From a virus (Duplodnaviria; Caudoviricetes), in the IMG/VR virus record IMGVR_UViG_3300033463_004542, positions 1-64,000 of that record: DNA of 64,000 nt. One strand, given 5' to 3'. Position 1 is the first letter of the stretch; every line of letters starts with the position of its first letter. Shown piece by piece: positions 9,332 through 17,230 of the stretch. The position numbers and the translations under genes were made by a program. The notes under the pieces are model-generated. The model saw only the letters and a program-made list of their open reading frames with translations. It did not search any database and was not told the origin of the DNA.

Positions 9332-10286
9332 GCTCCTTTATCGGATATGCAGGCAATTCTGAAGGACTTGACAATACAAAATGATTGGTATCATAATCAT
9401 ATTCATATCCGATGTGCATACCTTCAATCTTATCTACTATTTCTACTACAGAACGCCTGCCAAGATTTCTTACACGAAGAAATGATTCTTCATAATTAAC
9501 TATATCTTTGACAGTGTTAATCTGTGCTCTCTTGAGACAATTATATGTCCTTACAGAAAAATCAAGGTCTTCGATAGGTGTATCCAAGGTAGGGTGAGTT
9601 ATCTCAAATGGAGGTTCGGGCTGTTCTCCCGATGACATATTCTGGAGGCTCACAATATACATTCTAAGTTGGTCGTTTTCGGCCTTGAGTTCCTCTAACT
9701 TCGGTCTACTAGCGATAATCTGTATGAGTCCTCGCTTAGTTTTTCTTCCGGCCTTATACTCTATCTGACGAATTCTTTCGCGTGTTAGGCCTATTCTGTT
9801 ACTCGTAGCATCAAGTGTCAACCCATCACGATATCTATAATGAACTACTAACTGTTCTCTATCTGTAAGCTGAGTAGTAAACACTGAATAGAAATCTACA
9901 GGCGAGATACTACGATAGTCCATATCAAGTTCTCTAAGAGGATATTCTTCGTAGTCATTGATAGCATTAGTCCCACCATTGTATCCCTGAATTGCAGAAA
10001 TTATGAAATTGTATGGGAATATATCTTCTATTGATATCGGCTTATCAATCATGAGTCTAGCCGTTACAATATGAGAACAAATCTTGTCAAAACTAGCATG
10101 AAATACTTTCTCAAGAAGTTTCTGTCTCTTCGGGTCAGGTTCAGACTTTAATGTGAGCCAGTTATTAAGAGTAGCAGAAGAAACACCTAAAAGGGCTTCT
10201 AAATCCTTGTGAGTGAGATTATTTGTTTCACAATACAACTTGAGGTTAGTGGCTAAAGTAACTTTCTTATCTTCTGATTTATACAT
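9321..10286 (-). CDS. XRE HTH - sigma70 region 4 - RNA polymerase alpha-CTD fusion protein
   Basis: N-terminal LTHKDLEALLGVSSATLNNW (XRE); central LTDREQLVVHYRY..TLD..IGLTRERIRQIEYKA (sigma4); C-terminal PIEDLDFSVRTYNCLKRAQINTVKD..VRNLGRRS (alphaCTD). Confidence 0.88.
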   Translation of the reverse strand: MYKSEDKKVTLATNLKLYCETNNLTHKDLEALLGVSSATLNNWLTLKSEPDPKRQKLLEKVFHASFDKICSHIVTARLMIDKPISIEDIFPYNFIISAIQGYNGGTNAINDYEEYPLRELDMDYRSISPVDFYSVFTTQLTDREQLVVHYRYRDGLTLDATSNRIGLTRERIRQIEYKAGRKTKRGLIQIIASRPKLEELKAENDQLRMYIVSLQNMSSGEQPEPPFEITHPTLDTPIEDLDFSVRTYNCLKRAQINTVKDIVNYEESFLRVRNLGRRSVVEIVDKIEGMHIGYEYDYDTNHFVLSSPSELPAYPIKEHDD

Positions 10287-10342
10287 CGTTATTTCCTCCT
10301 ATTGGTTTATTGATGTCTTATCTATTATAACGATTTGTATTC

Positions 10343-10510
10343 TTAATCTTTTACTTCTGTAATGCTCCAACATTTACAATGCTTGATAACAAGGTTTTTA
10401 ATTTCTTCATCATTCATGCCTTGAATTAGTTTCATCTCTTCGTAACTACCGGCACAGGTTTCTAATGCCTTTCGAGCATTTTCTATATCTATATTGATTT
10501 TAACTATCAT
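10343..10510 (-). CDS. Hypothetical protein (55 aa, below ORF-track cutoff)
   Basis: MIVKINIDIENARKALETC...; ATGA overlap with upstream gene. Confidence 0.55.
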   Translation of the reverse strand: MIVKINIDIENARKALETCAGSYEEMKLIQGMNDEEIKNLVIKHCKCWSITEVKD

Positions 10511-10728
10511 CTTTGCCACCAATGCTTCTTTGTTACTGCCTTTTTGGCTTCCATCATCTTCCGGTTCATTTCTTCGGCAGCGAACTTCCGGCTGTAATAT
10601 TCCATATTTTTGAGGATATCATCTAACTCATCAGAAGTTAAACCAGCCTGTTGTCTTAATGTAACATAGCTAGTTATCCCGGAGTTTAATAATTGACAAA
10701 CTGTATCAAACTGAAATTTACTAGGCAT
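10507..10728 (-). CDS. Hypothetical protein
   Basis: 73-aa ORF in operon. Confidence 0.55.
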   Translation of the reverse strand: MPSKFQFDTVCQLLNSGITSYVTLRQQAGLTSDELDDILKNMEYYSRKFAAEEMNRKMMEAKKAVTKKHWWQR

Positions 10729-10930
10729 TATCTACATTTTCTCTTTCAGTAATGTTTTCTACTTTACTCTTTCCTGGATTATCCATATGATTACCACAGC
10801 TCGGACAATATTCAGAAAATACAAACTGATGTAAATTATTCATTAATGGTCCTTGGGCACAGTTAGAACATACTACCCAACTTACACTACCATTTCCAAC
10901 TATAATAGGATGTGAGACCCAACTTGCCAT
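10721..10930 (-). CDS. Small zinc-ribbon protein
   Basis: W...CSNC...YCPSCG; similar to 2737-2925; GGAGG RBS. Confidence 0.65.
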   Translation of the reverse strand: MASWVSHPIIVGNGSVSWVVCSNCAQGPLMNNLHQFVFSEYCPSCGNHMDNPGKSKVENITERENVDNA

Positions 10931-10944
10931 AGCTAATACCTCCC

Positions 10945-11136
10945 TTATTCCTTAATCCATACAATAAATTGGCCAAAACCACAAGGAGTTATTGAACTTA
11001 CATGAGACAGAAGTAAATCAGAATGTTCTACAATGAGTTCACCTTTATGTCCGAAGAATAATTGTTTTCGGACTTTATTCAATATTGATAAATTGATGTC
11101 ATTATCTACTACTTGAATAAAATCCAATACGCTCAT
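10945..11136 (-). CDS. Hypothetical protein (small paralog family with 49178-49399 and 51329-51571)
   Basis: MSVLDFI...LFFGHKGEL resembles MNLVDFL...LFRGNVGEL. Confidence 0.55.
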   Translation of the reverse strand: MSVLDFIQVVDNDINLSILNKVRKQLFFGHKGELIVEHSDLLLSHVSSITPCGFGQFIVWIKE

Positions 11137-11162
11137 AATATATACTTCCTATAATAAATATT

Positions 11163-11238
11163 TGGTCGAGGTGACAAGACTTGAACTTGCGACCCCATGC
11201 TCCCAAAGCACGTACGCTACCAACTGCGCTACACCTCG
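11163..11238 (-). tRNA. tRNA-Pro(TGG)
   Basis: CGAGGTG acceptor, TTTGGGA loop, GTTCAAGT T loop, CCA. Confidence 0.95.
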
Positions 11239-11528
11239 ATGATAATCCCGAACAGACTTCAGAGCTTACCGACTGCCCTTACTGACTGCACTTTACCGGG
11301 TTCGGGACTCGACCCGTATATCAACTAACGCATGATATTGAGTGGATTACCCAATACTCTCGGTACTTATCGGCTCGGTCAGCCAGTAGGCGATACAACC
11401 TATGTTTGCTTGGAGGGAATATAATCCTTACTTATCATCACTTCCCAAGCTACCCAATCACCACTGTGATGTCCGATTAGGCTCTGTTAAGTTATTATCG
11501 ACAGATAATCACATTCTGCCGAAGGCTT

Positions 11529-11605
11529 TGGTGCGCTTGGAGAGATTTGAACTCTCGACCCCTTGATTAAAAGTCAAGTGCTGCTACCGTCTGAGCTACA
11601 AGCAC
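11529..11605 (-). tRNA. tRNA-Lys(TTT)
   Basis: TAGCTCAG D arm, CTTTTAA loop, GTTCAAATC, CCA. Confidence 0.95.
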
Positions 11606-11719
11606 ATAGAAGGTTGCCATTTGCTTTCTTCCTCGCAAGGAGTTTATGCTAACTGCCGATGGCTCGACGGGGAGTAGGTTTTCATCTCCCGTAGTCTCCG
11701 CAGAGGCTACCCGCTATTG

Positions 11720-11796
11720 TGGTGGACATTCAAGGACTTGAACCTTGGACCAATCGGTTATGAGCCGATAGCTCTGACCAACTGAGCTAAATGTCC
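11720..11796 (-). tRNA. tRNA with CAT anticodon, probably Ile2 (lysidine) rather than Met
   Basis: GGACATTTAGCTCAG...GGCTCATAACC...CCA; body resembles Bacillota tRNA-Ile2. Confidence 0.9.
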
Positions 11797-11801
11797 ATAT
11801 T

Positions 11802-11876
11802 TGGTGACCCGTGATAGAGTTGAACTATCGTCTCCGCCGTGAAAGGGCAGTGTCTTAACCGCTTGACCAACGGGCC
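11802..11876 (-). tRNA. tRNA-Glu(TTC)
   Basis: GGCCCGTTGGTCAAGCGGTTAAGAC...CTTTCAC...CCA. Confidence 0.95.
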
Positions 11877-12201
11877 ATATAATATGTTTGAGACGATACC
11901 CCACGCTCTTCGGAGGAAGTTTCTGTAATCCCTGTCCCACTAGCAGACAGCCTCCGCCCTACGGATTTTAACCGCATCAGCAAATTTTAGTTATAGTCCA
12001 TATCTGCAAATGACTTAAAAGGTGGTAATATCGAAATGCAACTCCGATATTACACATCCCTGTATTTTACTTCTTGCAGAGACCCATTGAAGGCTTTTTC
12101 TCTCCCCGTCTGTTGCATAGAGGTTTGAGGAGTTTCGCATCTCGTGGAGTATTTTCATAGTTGGTAGCTACTCCAACTATAAGGGCATACTCTTAACCAT
12201 G

Positions 12202-12286
12202 TGGTGCGAGTAATCGGATTTGAACCGATATGGATTTCTCCGACGGATTTTAAGTCCGTTGCGTCTGCCTGTTTCGCCATACTCGC
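12202..12286 (-). tRNA. tRNA-Leu(TAA)
   Basis: TGGCGAAACAGGCAGACGC D arm, CTTAAAA loop, long variable arm, CCA. Confidence 0.95.
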
Positions 12287-12288
12287 AA

Positions 12289-13002
12289 TTAAAACTCCTT
12301 TATACTATTATATAACATTTCATACTTATCATTAACCCAGTCACTATGAAAATGCCCAAAATACCATTTATTGAAATCTAACTTATCTGCAATGGTCTGC
12401 AGCCATTCCTCTGTACTTTTATCTACAGTAGATTGGTCGATAAAAGGTAAAAACAGATGTAGGGGTTCTGTTGAAATAGGACAAGTGTGAGATAATACTG
12501 TGTCGACTTTCCAACCCACATTATCTAATTGCTTTTCTACATATGACTTAATATCATCATTGGGTTGTTCACTCTCAAACCAAGCAGAACCTCTGGAAAG
12601 TCTATAGTACTTATCTACAGAATATGCTCCACCAATTACAAGTGTTTTATACCCATTAAAATCATAGAACTCACCATCTTTAGCAAATATCTGATTCGGG
12701 TATTTGGGATTTACATAAGCAGATGCTCCAAATTGTTCTTGTAATTCATACCCCGAAACATTATAAGGTCTTTCTTCGTGATTACCATGTATACAGAAAA
12801 ATGTCAGAGGAATTTCAGATACAAATTTCTTTAACTTCTTAGCCCGTTTATCATCATGTCCATTGTGTACAAAATAGTTTAATCCAGCATCACCTAAAAC
12901 AATCATAACATCATCAAGAGTTGTTTGCATTTTATCTGCAAACTCTGCTATGTGATTAAAATTTCCGTGAGTATCTCCTGTGATATAAATCATTTTTTTC
13001 AT
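12289..13002 (-). CDS. Calcineurin-like metallophosphoesterase
   Basis: GDTHG, LGD, GNHE, SHTCP, FGHFH motifs; likely start at 13002 or 12993 rather than 13068. Confidence 0.9.
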   Translation of the reverse strand: MKKMIYITGDTHGNFNHIAEFADKMQTTLDDVMIVLGDAGLNYFVHNGHDDKRAKKLKKFVSEIPLTFFCIHGNHEERPYNVSGYELQEQFGASAYVNPKYPNQIFAKDGEFYDFNGYKTLVIGGAYSVDKYYRLSRGSAWFESEQPNDDIKSYVEKQLDNVGWKVDTVLSHTCPISTEPLHLFLPFIDQSTVDKSTEEWLQTIADKLDFNKWYFGHFHSDWVNDKYEMLYNSIKEF

Positions 13003-13319
13003 ATCCTTTAAAGAAACGGTGTTAGGGTTAAAGAGCATTGGGCACATATCGGCTTGCCAGTTCACCAAAGACTGTTACTACTTTGGTCAATGCTCGTGTC
13101 AGGAGCCTACTTTCCTCAGCAAGGCTCAACCTTGCTTGTTGGGTTCATTATCCCAAGTTCCCTCTGTCTGATTTATATACCGCAAGTATGAGGTGGGTGG
13201 GCAGTTGCAACTCCCCAGTGCGGTTGTTAATGCCTTTTGAGGCGCATCCTCGGGAGCTACCCGATTTCCTCACTCCGTTTGCAGATTCGAACTGCGTACA
13301 CGCCTTTACGGAGATATAA

Positions 13320-13472
13320 TGATGAAGTAGGTTAGGATTCGCACCTAACAGGGCAGTTAGCCAAATGTCGTGTGTCGGTAACTCTGCCAACCTCATCAAG
13401 CCTTTCACTTGAACTTGCACTCTTAATGAGCATACACATTCCAGCCTTGCGTTTATCTTTCGCCACTACTTC
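13320..13472 (-). ncRNA. tRNA-like RNA with anticodon loop replaced by a multi-branched domain
   Basis: Acceptor GAAGTAG/CTACTTC, Leu-like D arm GCG-AAAGATAAA-CGC, T arm TTAGG-TGCGAAT-CCTAA, about 150 nt in total. Confidence 0.7.
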
Positions 13473-13480
13473 ATATTATA

Positions 13481-13671
13481 AATAAACGGCTTTGTTCCTT
13501 TCTTGTGCTTGCTAAAACTGTCTATAGCACGAATTCCAGCGGTCATGACCTCCGCTCACATTTAGTTAGCTTGTTATGGTATCTCTCATATTGCTCTCGT
13601 ACCGCCCCAATAGTAAAGGTGAACTCTCCGAGTTTAATGTACACTCTGCTCGGTTTTCGTTGCCGTTTATT
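13481..13671 (-). ncRNA. Candidate ~190-nt structured RNA
   Basis: Perfect 10-bp terminal stem AATAAACGGC/GCCGTTTATT, internal hairpins, directly downstream of motif A at 13703. Confidence 0.5.
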
Positions 13672-13718
13672 ATTTATTAAGTTATCAAGTTGCTATGTTT
13701 ATTATAACGATTGGTAAA

Positions 13719-14153
13719 TTAGAATCCCAGCTGAATCAAAGTTTCTACTACTACATCTTCTGTAACATAACCTTTTTCAGATAGCTGCTCCGATAACCAA
13801 TCAATATACTTTGATATATTTTCCTGCAATTCTTCAGTAGTATAATACTTAGGAACTACATTTTCTTTCCGCATTTTAGCCTTAGCCTGTTCTACCATCT
13901 GAGGTATTACATCTAAGCATTCAGATAAGCAGTCCTGAATAAATTTCTTCTTTGGAAACCTCTTATCTTTCTTTGTCCGCTTTACATCATTTTCAAAATT
14001 ATATACTTCTTGTCTCCAATGTGGAACATATGAAGTATCTGGATAAAGTTTAAGCAGAATCAAATGCTTATACATCTGTCTCTGATTTCGGTCGGTTAAA
14101 TCTGCTCGAATTTCTTTATCGAATTTAGATAACCTAAATATATATAATTTCAT
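13719..14153 (-). CDS. Hypothetical protein, possibly DUF29-like
   Basis: HLILLKLY...HWRQEV helical pattern. Confidence 0.55.
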   Translation of the reverse strand: MKLYIFRLSKFDKEIRADLTDRNQRQMYKHLILLKLYPDTSYVPHWRQEVYNFENDVKRTKKDKRFPKKKFIQDCLSECLDVIPQMVEQAKAKMRKENVVPKYYTTEELQENISKYIDWLSEQLSEKGYVTEDVVVETLIQLGF

Positions 14154-14179
14154 TTATATCAACTCCAATATAATAACGA

Positions 14180-14569
14180 TTAGCGTTCTGGAACCCAACC
14201 ATCATCTAAGTGACATCTATAATGACCACTATAATCATATTCAATTTTACATTCATCGGACGGTCTTATACCAAAATCTAACTTAATCTGATTTATTACA
14301 TAATCTTCAGTAATATTAGGATTCAGAAAAATAGTAGCTCTTCCTTGATTATCCCAATCAACTCTACCCCGTGGATAATAGTTATATGGTTTCTTATTTG
14401 GCTTTATATCTGCCCATAATCTCTTATGATTATAAGTATCCCCTGATTTTGCAATACCGTCTACAGTATCTACAGAACCAAAAGGGTAAGAAAGCAATTT
14501 TTCTTCATCATCAAGATACCAGAAGATACCATTAGTAGATTCTTTTGCTCCTTTAATATACTTTTTCAT
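14180..14569 (-). CDS. Hypothetical protein with MKKYIKGA leader
   Basis: 129 aa; YYPRGRV and HYRCHLD motifs. Confidence 0.65.
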   Translation of the reverse strand: MKKYIKGAKESTNGIFWYLDDEEKLLSYPFGSVDTVDGIAKSGDTYNHKRLWADIKPNKKPYNYYPRGRVDWDNQGRATIFLNPNITEDYVINQIKLDFGIRPSDECKIEYDYSGHYRCHLDDGWVPER

Positions 14570-14950
14570 TTATCTCAACTCCAGATAATTTGGCATTTCT
14601 AACCCTTCAGGAATAGAAATATCTGAATTATTCATATCCCATAAGAAGCAAACGAGTTCCCAATTATTTTCAAATTTATCTGCATATTTCTTAATAGATA
14701 CTTTTGATTTCATAAATTCTTGAAGTTCTTTTCGCTGACTACTGTTGAGTTTATCTTCTTTACCTTCGTGAAGAAAATACTCTGCTTTATCTATTCTAAT
14801 GCACGAATGGAACTTATCCCAATTATCTGAATGCAGATGAAAATGAGGAATGTTTCCTGCATCATTCGTATTAACATACACTTCAAGTTCACCTATGAAA
14901 CCCACTCTGGATATTCCATATATGTTTTGCTTATCTTTAAAAGGCATCAT
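14570..14950 (-). CDS. Hypothetical protein, DUF4160-like
   Basis: NDAGNIPHFHL motif and C-terminal W..N. Confidence 0.55.
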   Translation of the reverse strand: MMPFKDKQNIYGISRVGFIGELEVYVNTNDAGNIPHFHLHSDNWDKFHSCIRIDKAEYFLHEGKEDKLNSSQRKELQEFMKSKVSIKKYADKFENNWELVCFLWDMNNSDISIPEGLEMPNYLELR

Positions 14951-15156
14951 TATCTCGAAAGGTAGCTAATCTTTCGCTCCCTGATATCTATTATTATATA
15001 ACGATTCTTAAATTTAATTAATACCGTCTTTGAATATATTCATATATTGATATACATACACTAGTACAGAATTGAAAAAGACCTCACTCTGTGTGTCGCC
15101 TTTATCATGAGCCAACTTTGCAAGATTCTTTGTATGTTCAATGAATTCATCCATGA

Positions 15157-15627
15157 TTATTTCTCCTTAGAATACTTATCAAAAAGTTCTACATACATTG
15201 CATAATCTCTTGGAGCCAACTTATCTACTTTTGCTTCTTTCATATAATCGATAATGAATGCTAGAGCCTTCTTTATATACTCTTTATCAGTGTCATCTAC
15301 CATCTTAGTGATGCTATTGATTACACTTGTTGAAGGATTATCCTTACCTGCCTTGAAATAATTATAAGACTCTGTATTATTTATAAGGGGCTTATTCTTT
15401 CTTGGCTGTTCCGGTTCAACTTCATCAAAGTAAGCAGTATACAATTCTATATCTGGAAATACCTGATGAATTCTATGAAAGGTTTCTTCACTGGGCAGAT
15501 ACTTTCCTGCAATATAATCAGAAATAGTAGTTCTGTGCACGCCTACAGTCCGGCCAAGAGACGACTGCGTAATCTTAGGCTTGTGATTGACCATTCTTTC
15601 TTTGAGTAATTTGCCAAAGTTTGACAT
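15157..15627 (-). CDS. XRE-family HTH protein
   Basis: ITQSSLGRTVGVHRTTISDYIAGKYLP. Confidence 0.8.
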   Translation of the reverse strand: MSNFGKLLKERMVNHKPKITQSSLGRTVGVHRTTISDYIAGKYLPSEETFHRIHQVFPDIELYTAYFDEVEPEQPRKNKPLINNTESYNYFKAGKDNPSTSVINSITKMVDDTDKEYIKKALAFIIDYMKEAKVDKLAPRDYAMYVELFDKYSKEK

Positions 15628-15639
15628 GTAATATCCTCC

Positions 15640-15897
15640 TTATACTATTTGTAATTCGTTGTCACAATCGCTAGGTAGCCTAACTACTTCAACAGGGCTA
15701 TTTGCCCCTAAAGAGAAGTAATGCATTCTATCAATGCAGAAACTATTAGGTGGCTGAGTATTTGGAGCTATTCGTGGAATTGCATTAGCAAACTTTACAA
15801 ACTTCATATCATTCATGGGATGCTTAAATATAGCCCCAATAGGTAACTGATTGAATCTCATACTTGCTCCTTTCGTGCTATTTAATATCTTATTCAC
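15640..15897 (-). CDS. Hypothetical protein (likely start MRFNQL)
   Basis: ORF downstream of motif A at 15898; AAGGAG before MRFNQL. Confidence 0.55.
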   Translation of the reverse strand: MNKILNSTKGASMRFNQLPIGAIFKHPMNDMKFVKFANAIPRIAPNTQPPNSFCIDRMHYFSLGANSPVEVVRLPSDCDNELQIV

Positions 15898-15910
15898 TAT
15901 AACGATTCAT

Positions 15911-15948
15911 AAAAATATTAGGTGCAGAATATAATTCTACACCTAATA
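15911..15948 (-). terminator. Rho-independent terminator
   Basis: TATTAGGTG..CACCTAATA stem followed by a T tract on the minus strand. Confidence 0.7.
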
Positions 15949-15973
15949 AGACAGAGTATGTTAACAGATATGA

Positions 15974-16423
15974 TTAAATCTCTACTATTGCAGGACTCAT
16001 AAGAATCCACCCTTTGTTAATCTTGCCCCAATTGCCACATGTTTCAGTAATTGTTACCTTGCTTCCCTTAGGCAGTACTTTAACTTTTGCTTTATCAAGA
16101 CCAGGACCGCTGAATACATATACACCAGTAGCAGCATTTACTTGATAGATGCAAGATTTAGATTTTTCAACAGGCTTTTCTTCTTTTTTAGATTCAGCCT
16201 TAACTTCTTCCTTGACTTCAGATGCAGGTTCAGCTTCTACAACAGGCTCAACTTTAACCTCTTCTTTTACTTCCTCTACTACTTCAACAGGCTCTTCAAC
16301 CTTCTTCTTTTTAGTGGAAGTAGACTTCTTCTTTGTAGTCTTCGGCTTTTCTTCAGTTACTACTTCTTCAACTGCTTCTACAACAGGCTCTTCGACTACT
16401 TCTGCCTTTTTCTTAGTTGCCAT
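15974..16423 (-). CDS. Low-complexity E/K/V protein with C-terminal bacterial SH3 domain
   Basis: VYVFSGPG...LPKGSKVTITETCGNWGKINKGWI is SH3b-like. Confidence 0.75.
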   Translation of the reverse strand: MATKKKAEVVEEPVVEAVEEVVTEEKPKTTKKKSTSTKKKKVEEPVEVVEEVKEEVKVEPVVEAEPASEVKEEVKAESKKEEKPVEKSKSCIYQVNAATGVYVFSGPGLDKAKVKVLPKGSKVTITETCGNWGKINKGWILMSPAIVEI

Positions 16424-16455
16424 ATCAAATTCTCCTTTATATTTTTTATAAGTGA

Positions 16456-16827
16456 TTAAACGTCACCTTCTGTGAAGTCCCATAACTCTAAAGCAGCCTT
16501 AGCCTCTTCATAAGATACAGATAAACCGGATACTTTATTAAGATATGCCCTTATTGCATTGATATCAGGATAAAGTGCACGAGCCTCTCCAGGATTTTCG
16601 TCCCAATATTGATTTAAGTATCGGCAGAATTGTTTGATTTTGTCATCGCCCATCCTATTCATCCAAGCCCATCTCTGCCAATCGTATAATTCATTAACTC
16701 TATCATCCTGACTAACATCTGTTCTATCATTGATAGCATCAAATGTATCTTCATCCATTCCTTCTACAATGTCAACAAGAGTACCTAATGCGTCACAGAA
16801 CTCTTCAATCTTCTTGATATCTCTCAT
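16456..16827 (-). CDS. Hypothetical protein
   Basis: 123 aa with RBS. Confidence 0.6.
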   Translation of the reverse strand: MRDIKKIEEFCDALGTLVDIVEGMDEDTFDAINDRTDVSQDDRVNELYDWQRWAWMNRMGDDKIKQFCRYLNQYWDENPGEARALYPDINAIRAYLNKVSGLSVSYEEAKAALELWDFTEGDV

Positions 16828-16840
16828 ATTGATTTCTCCT

Positions 16841-17230
16841 TTAATCTTTCTTATGTGGTCTGTTATCCCACAAAATATTTAATATTATTCTAATTCTTGA
16901 CCTTCTAGGCTCATCGCCTACGCTGTTATACTTGTATACAAGGTTATATTTTTTAAGAGATTCTTCGTAAGAATCAATTATTGCTTGCTTTATCTCATAA
17001 TCTTCTATATATGAAATATAATCTTTTACTCTATCTAATCTGTGGTCAGGATAATCTTTTGGGTCAGGGACTAATCCTCTACAAGCAAAATCTAATGCAC
17101 AAGAAGTTGTTATTCTATTATCTAAACTAGATTCTATTTCTCTTGTTTGTTTCGCTAATTCCAACACTGCTAAATAAGGCCCTTGTGCCTCTGCTAATTC
17201 TAGATATGTTGGATTTTGATTTAGCGCCAT
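16841..17230 (-). CDS. Hypothetical protein
   Basis: 129 aa, TAATG overlap with upstream gene. Confidence 0.6.
   Translation of the reverse strand: MALNQNPTYLELAEAQGPYLAVLELAKQTREIESSLDNRITTSCALDFACRGLVPDPKDYPDHRLDRVKDYISYIEDYEIKQAIIDSYEESLKKYNLVYKYNSVGDEPRRSRIRIILNILWDNRPHKKD

Noticed and set aside
3590-11660. HDV-like/theta ribozymes after tRNAs (GGCGAAT near 3595; TCCTCGC near 11630)
   Set aside because: P1, P1.1 and P2 could not be assembled, and the second motif lies on the strand opposite the tRNAs.
11758-11940. 60-aa ORF
   Set aside because: Overlaps tRNA-Glu and the CAT tRNA.
11950-12025. Possible twister ribozyme (TTTTAA...GCGGTTAAAATCCG...GGAG)
   Set aside because: Loop length and the pseudoknot pairings do not fit the twister consensus as I recall it; kept only as generic structured RNA.
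13100-13125. RNase P (GAGGAAAGT) or hammerhead (CTGAGGA) core
   Set aside because: Partner motifs (RNase P 3' P4 strand; hammerhead GAAA after stem II) are not found.
13320-13671. tmRNA or 6S RNA identity for the ncRNA candidates
   Set aside because: No G3-U70 Ala acceptor or tag ORF and too short for tmRNA; the 190-nt element is branched rather than a 6S-like rod.
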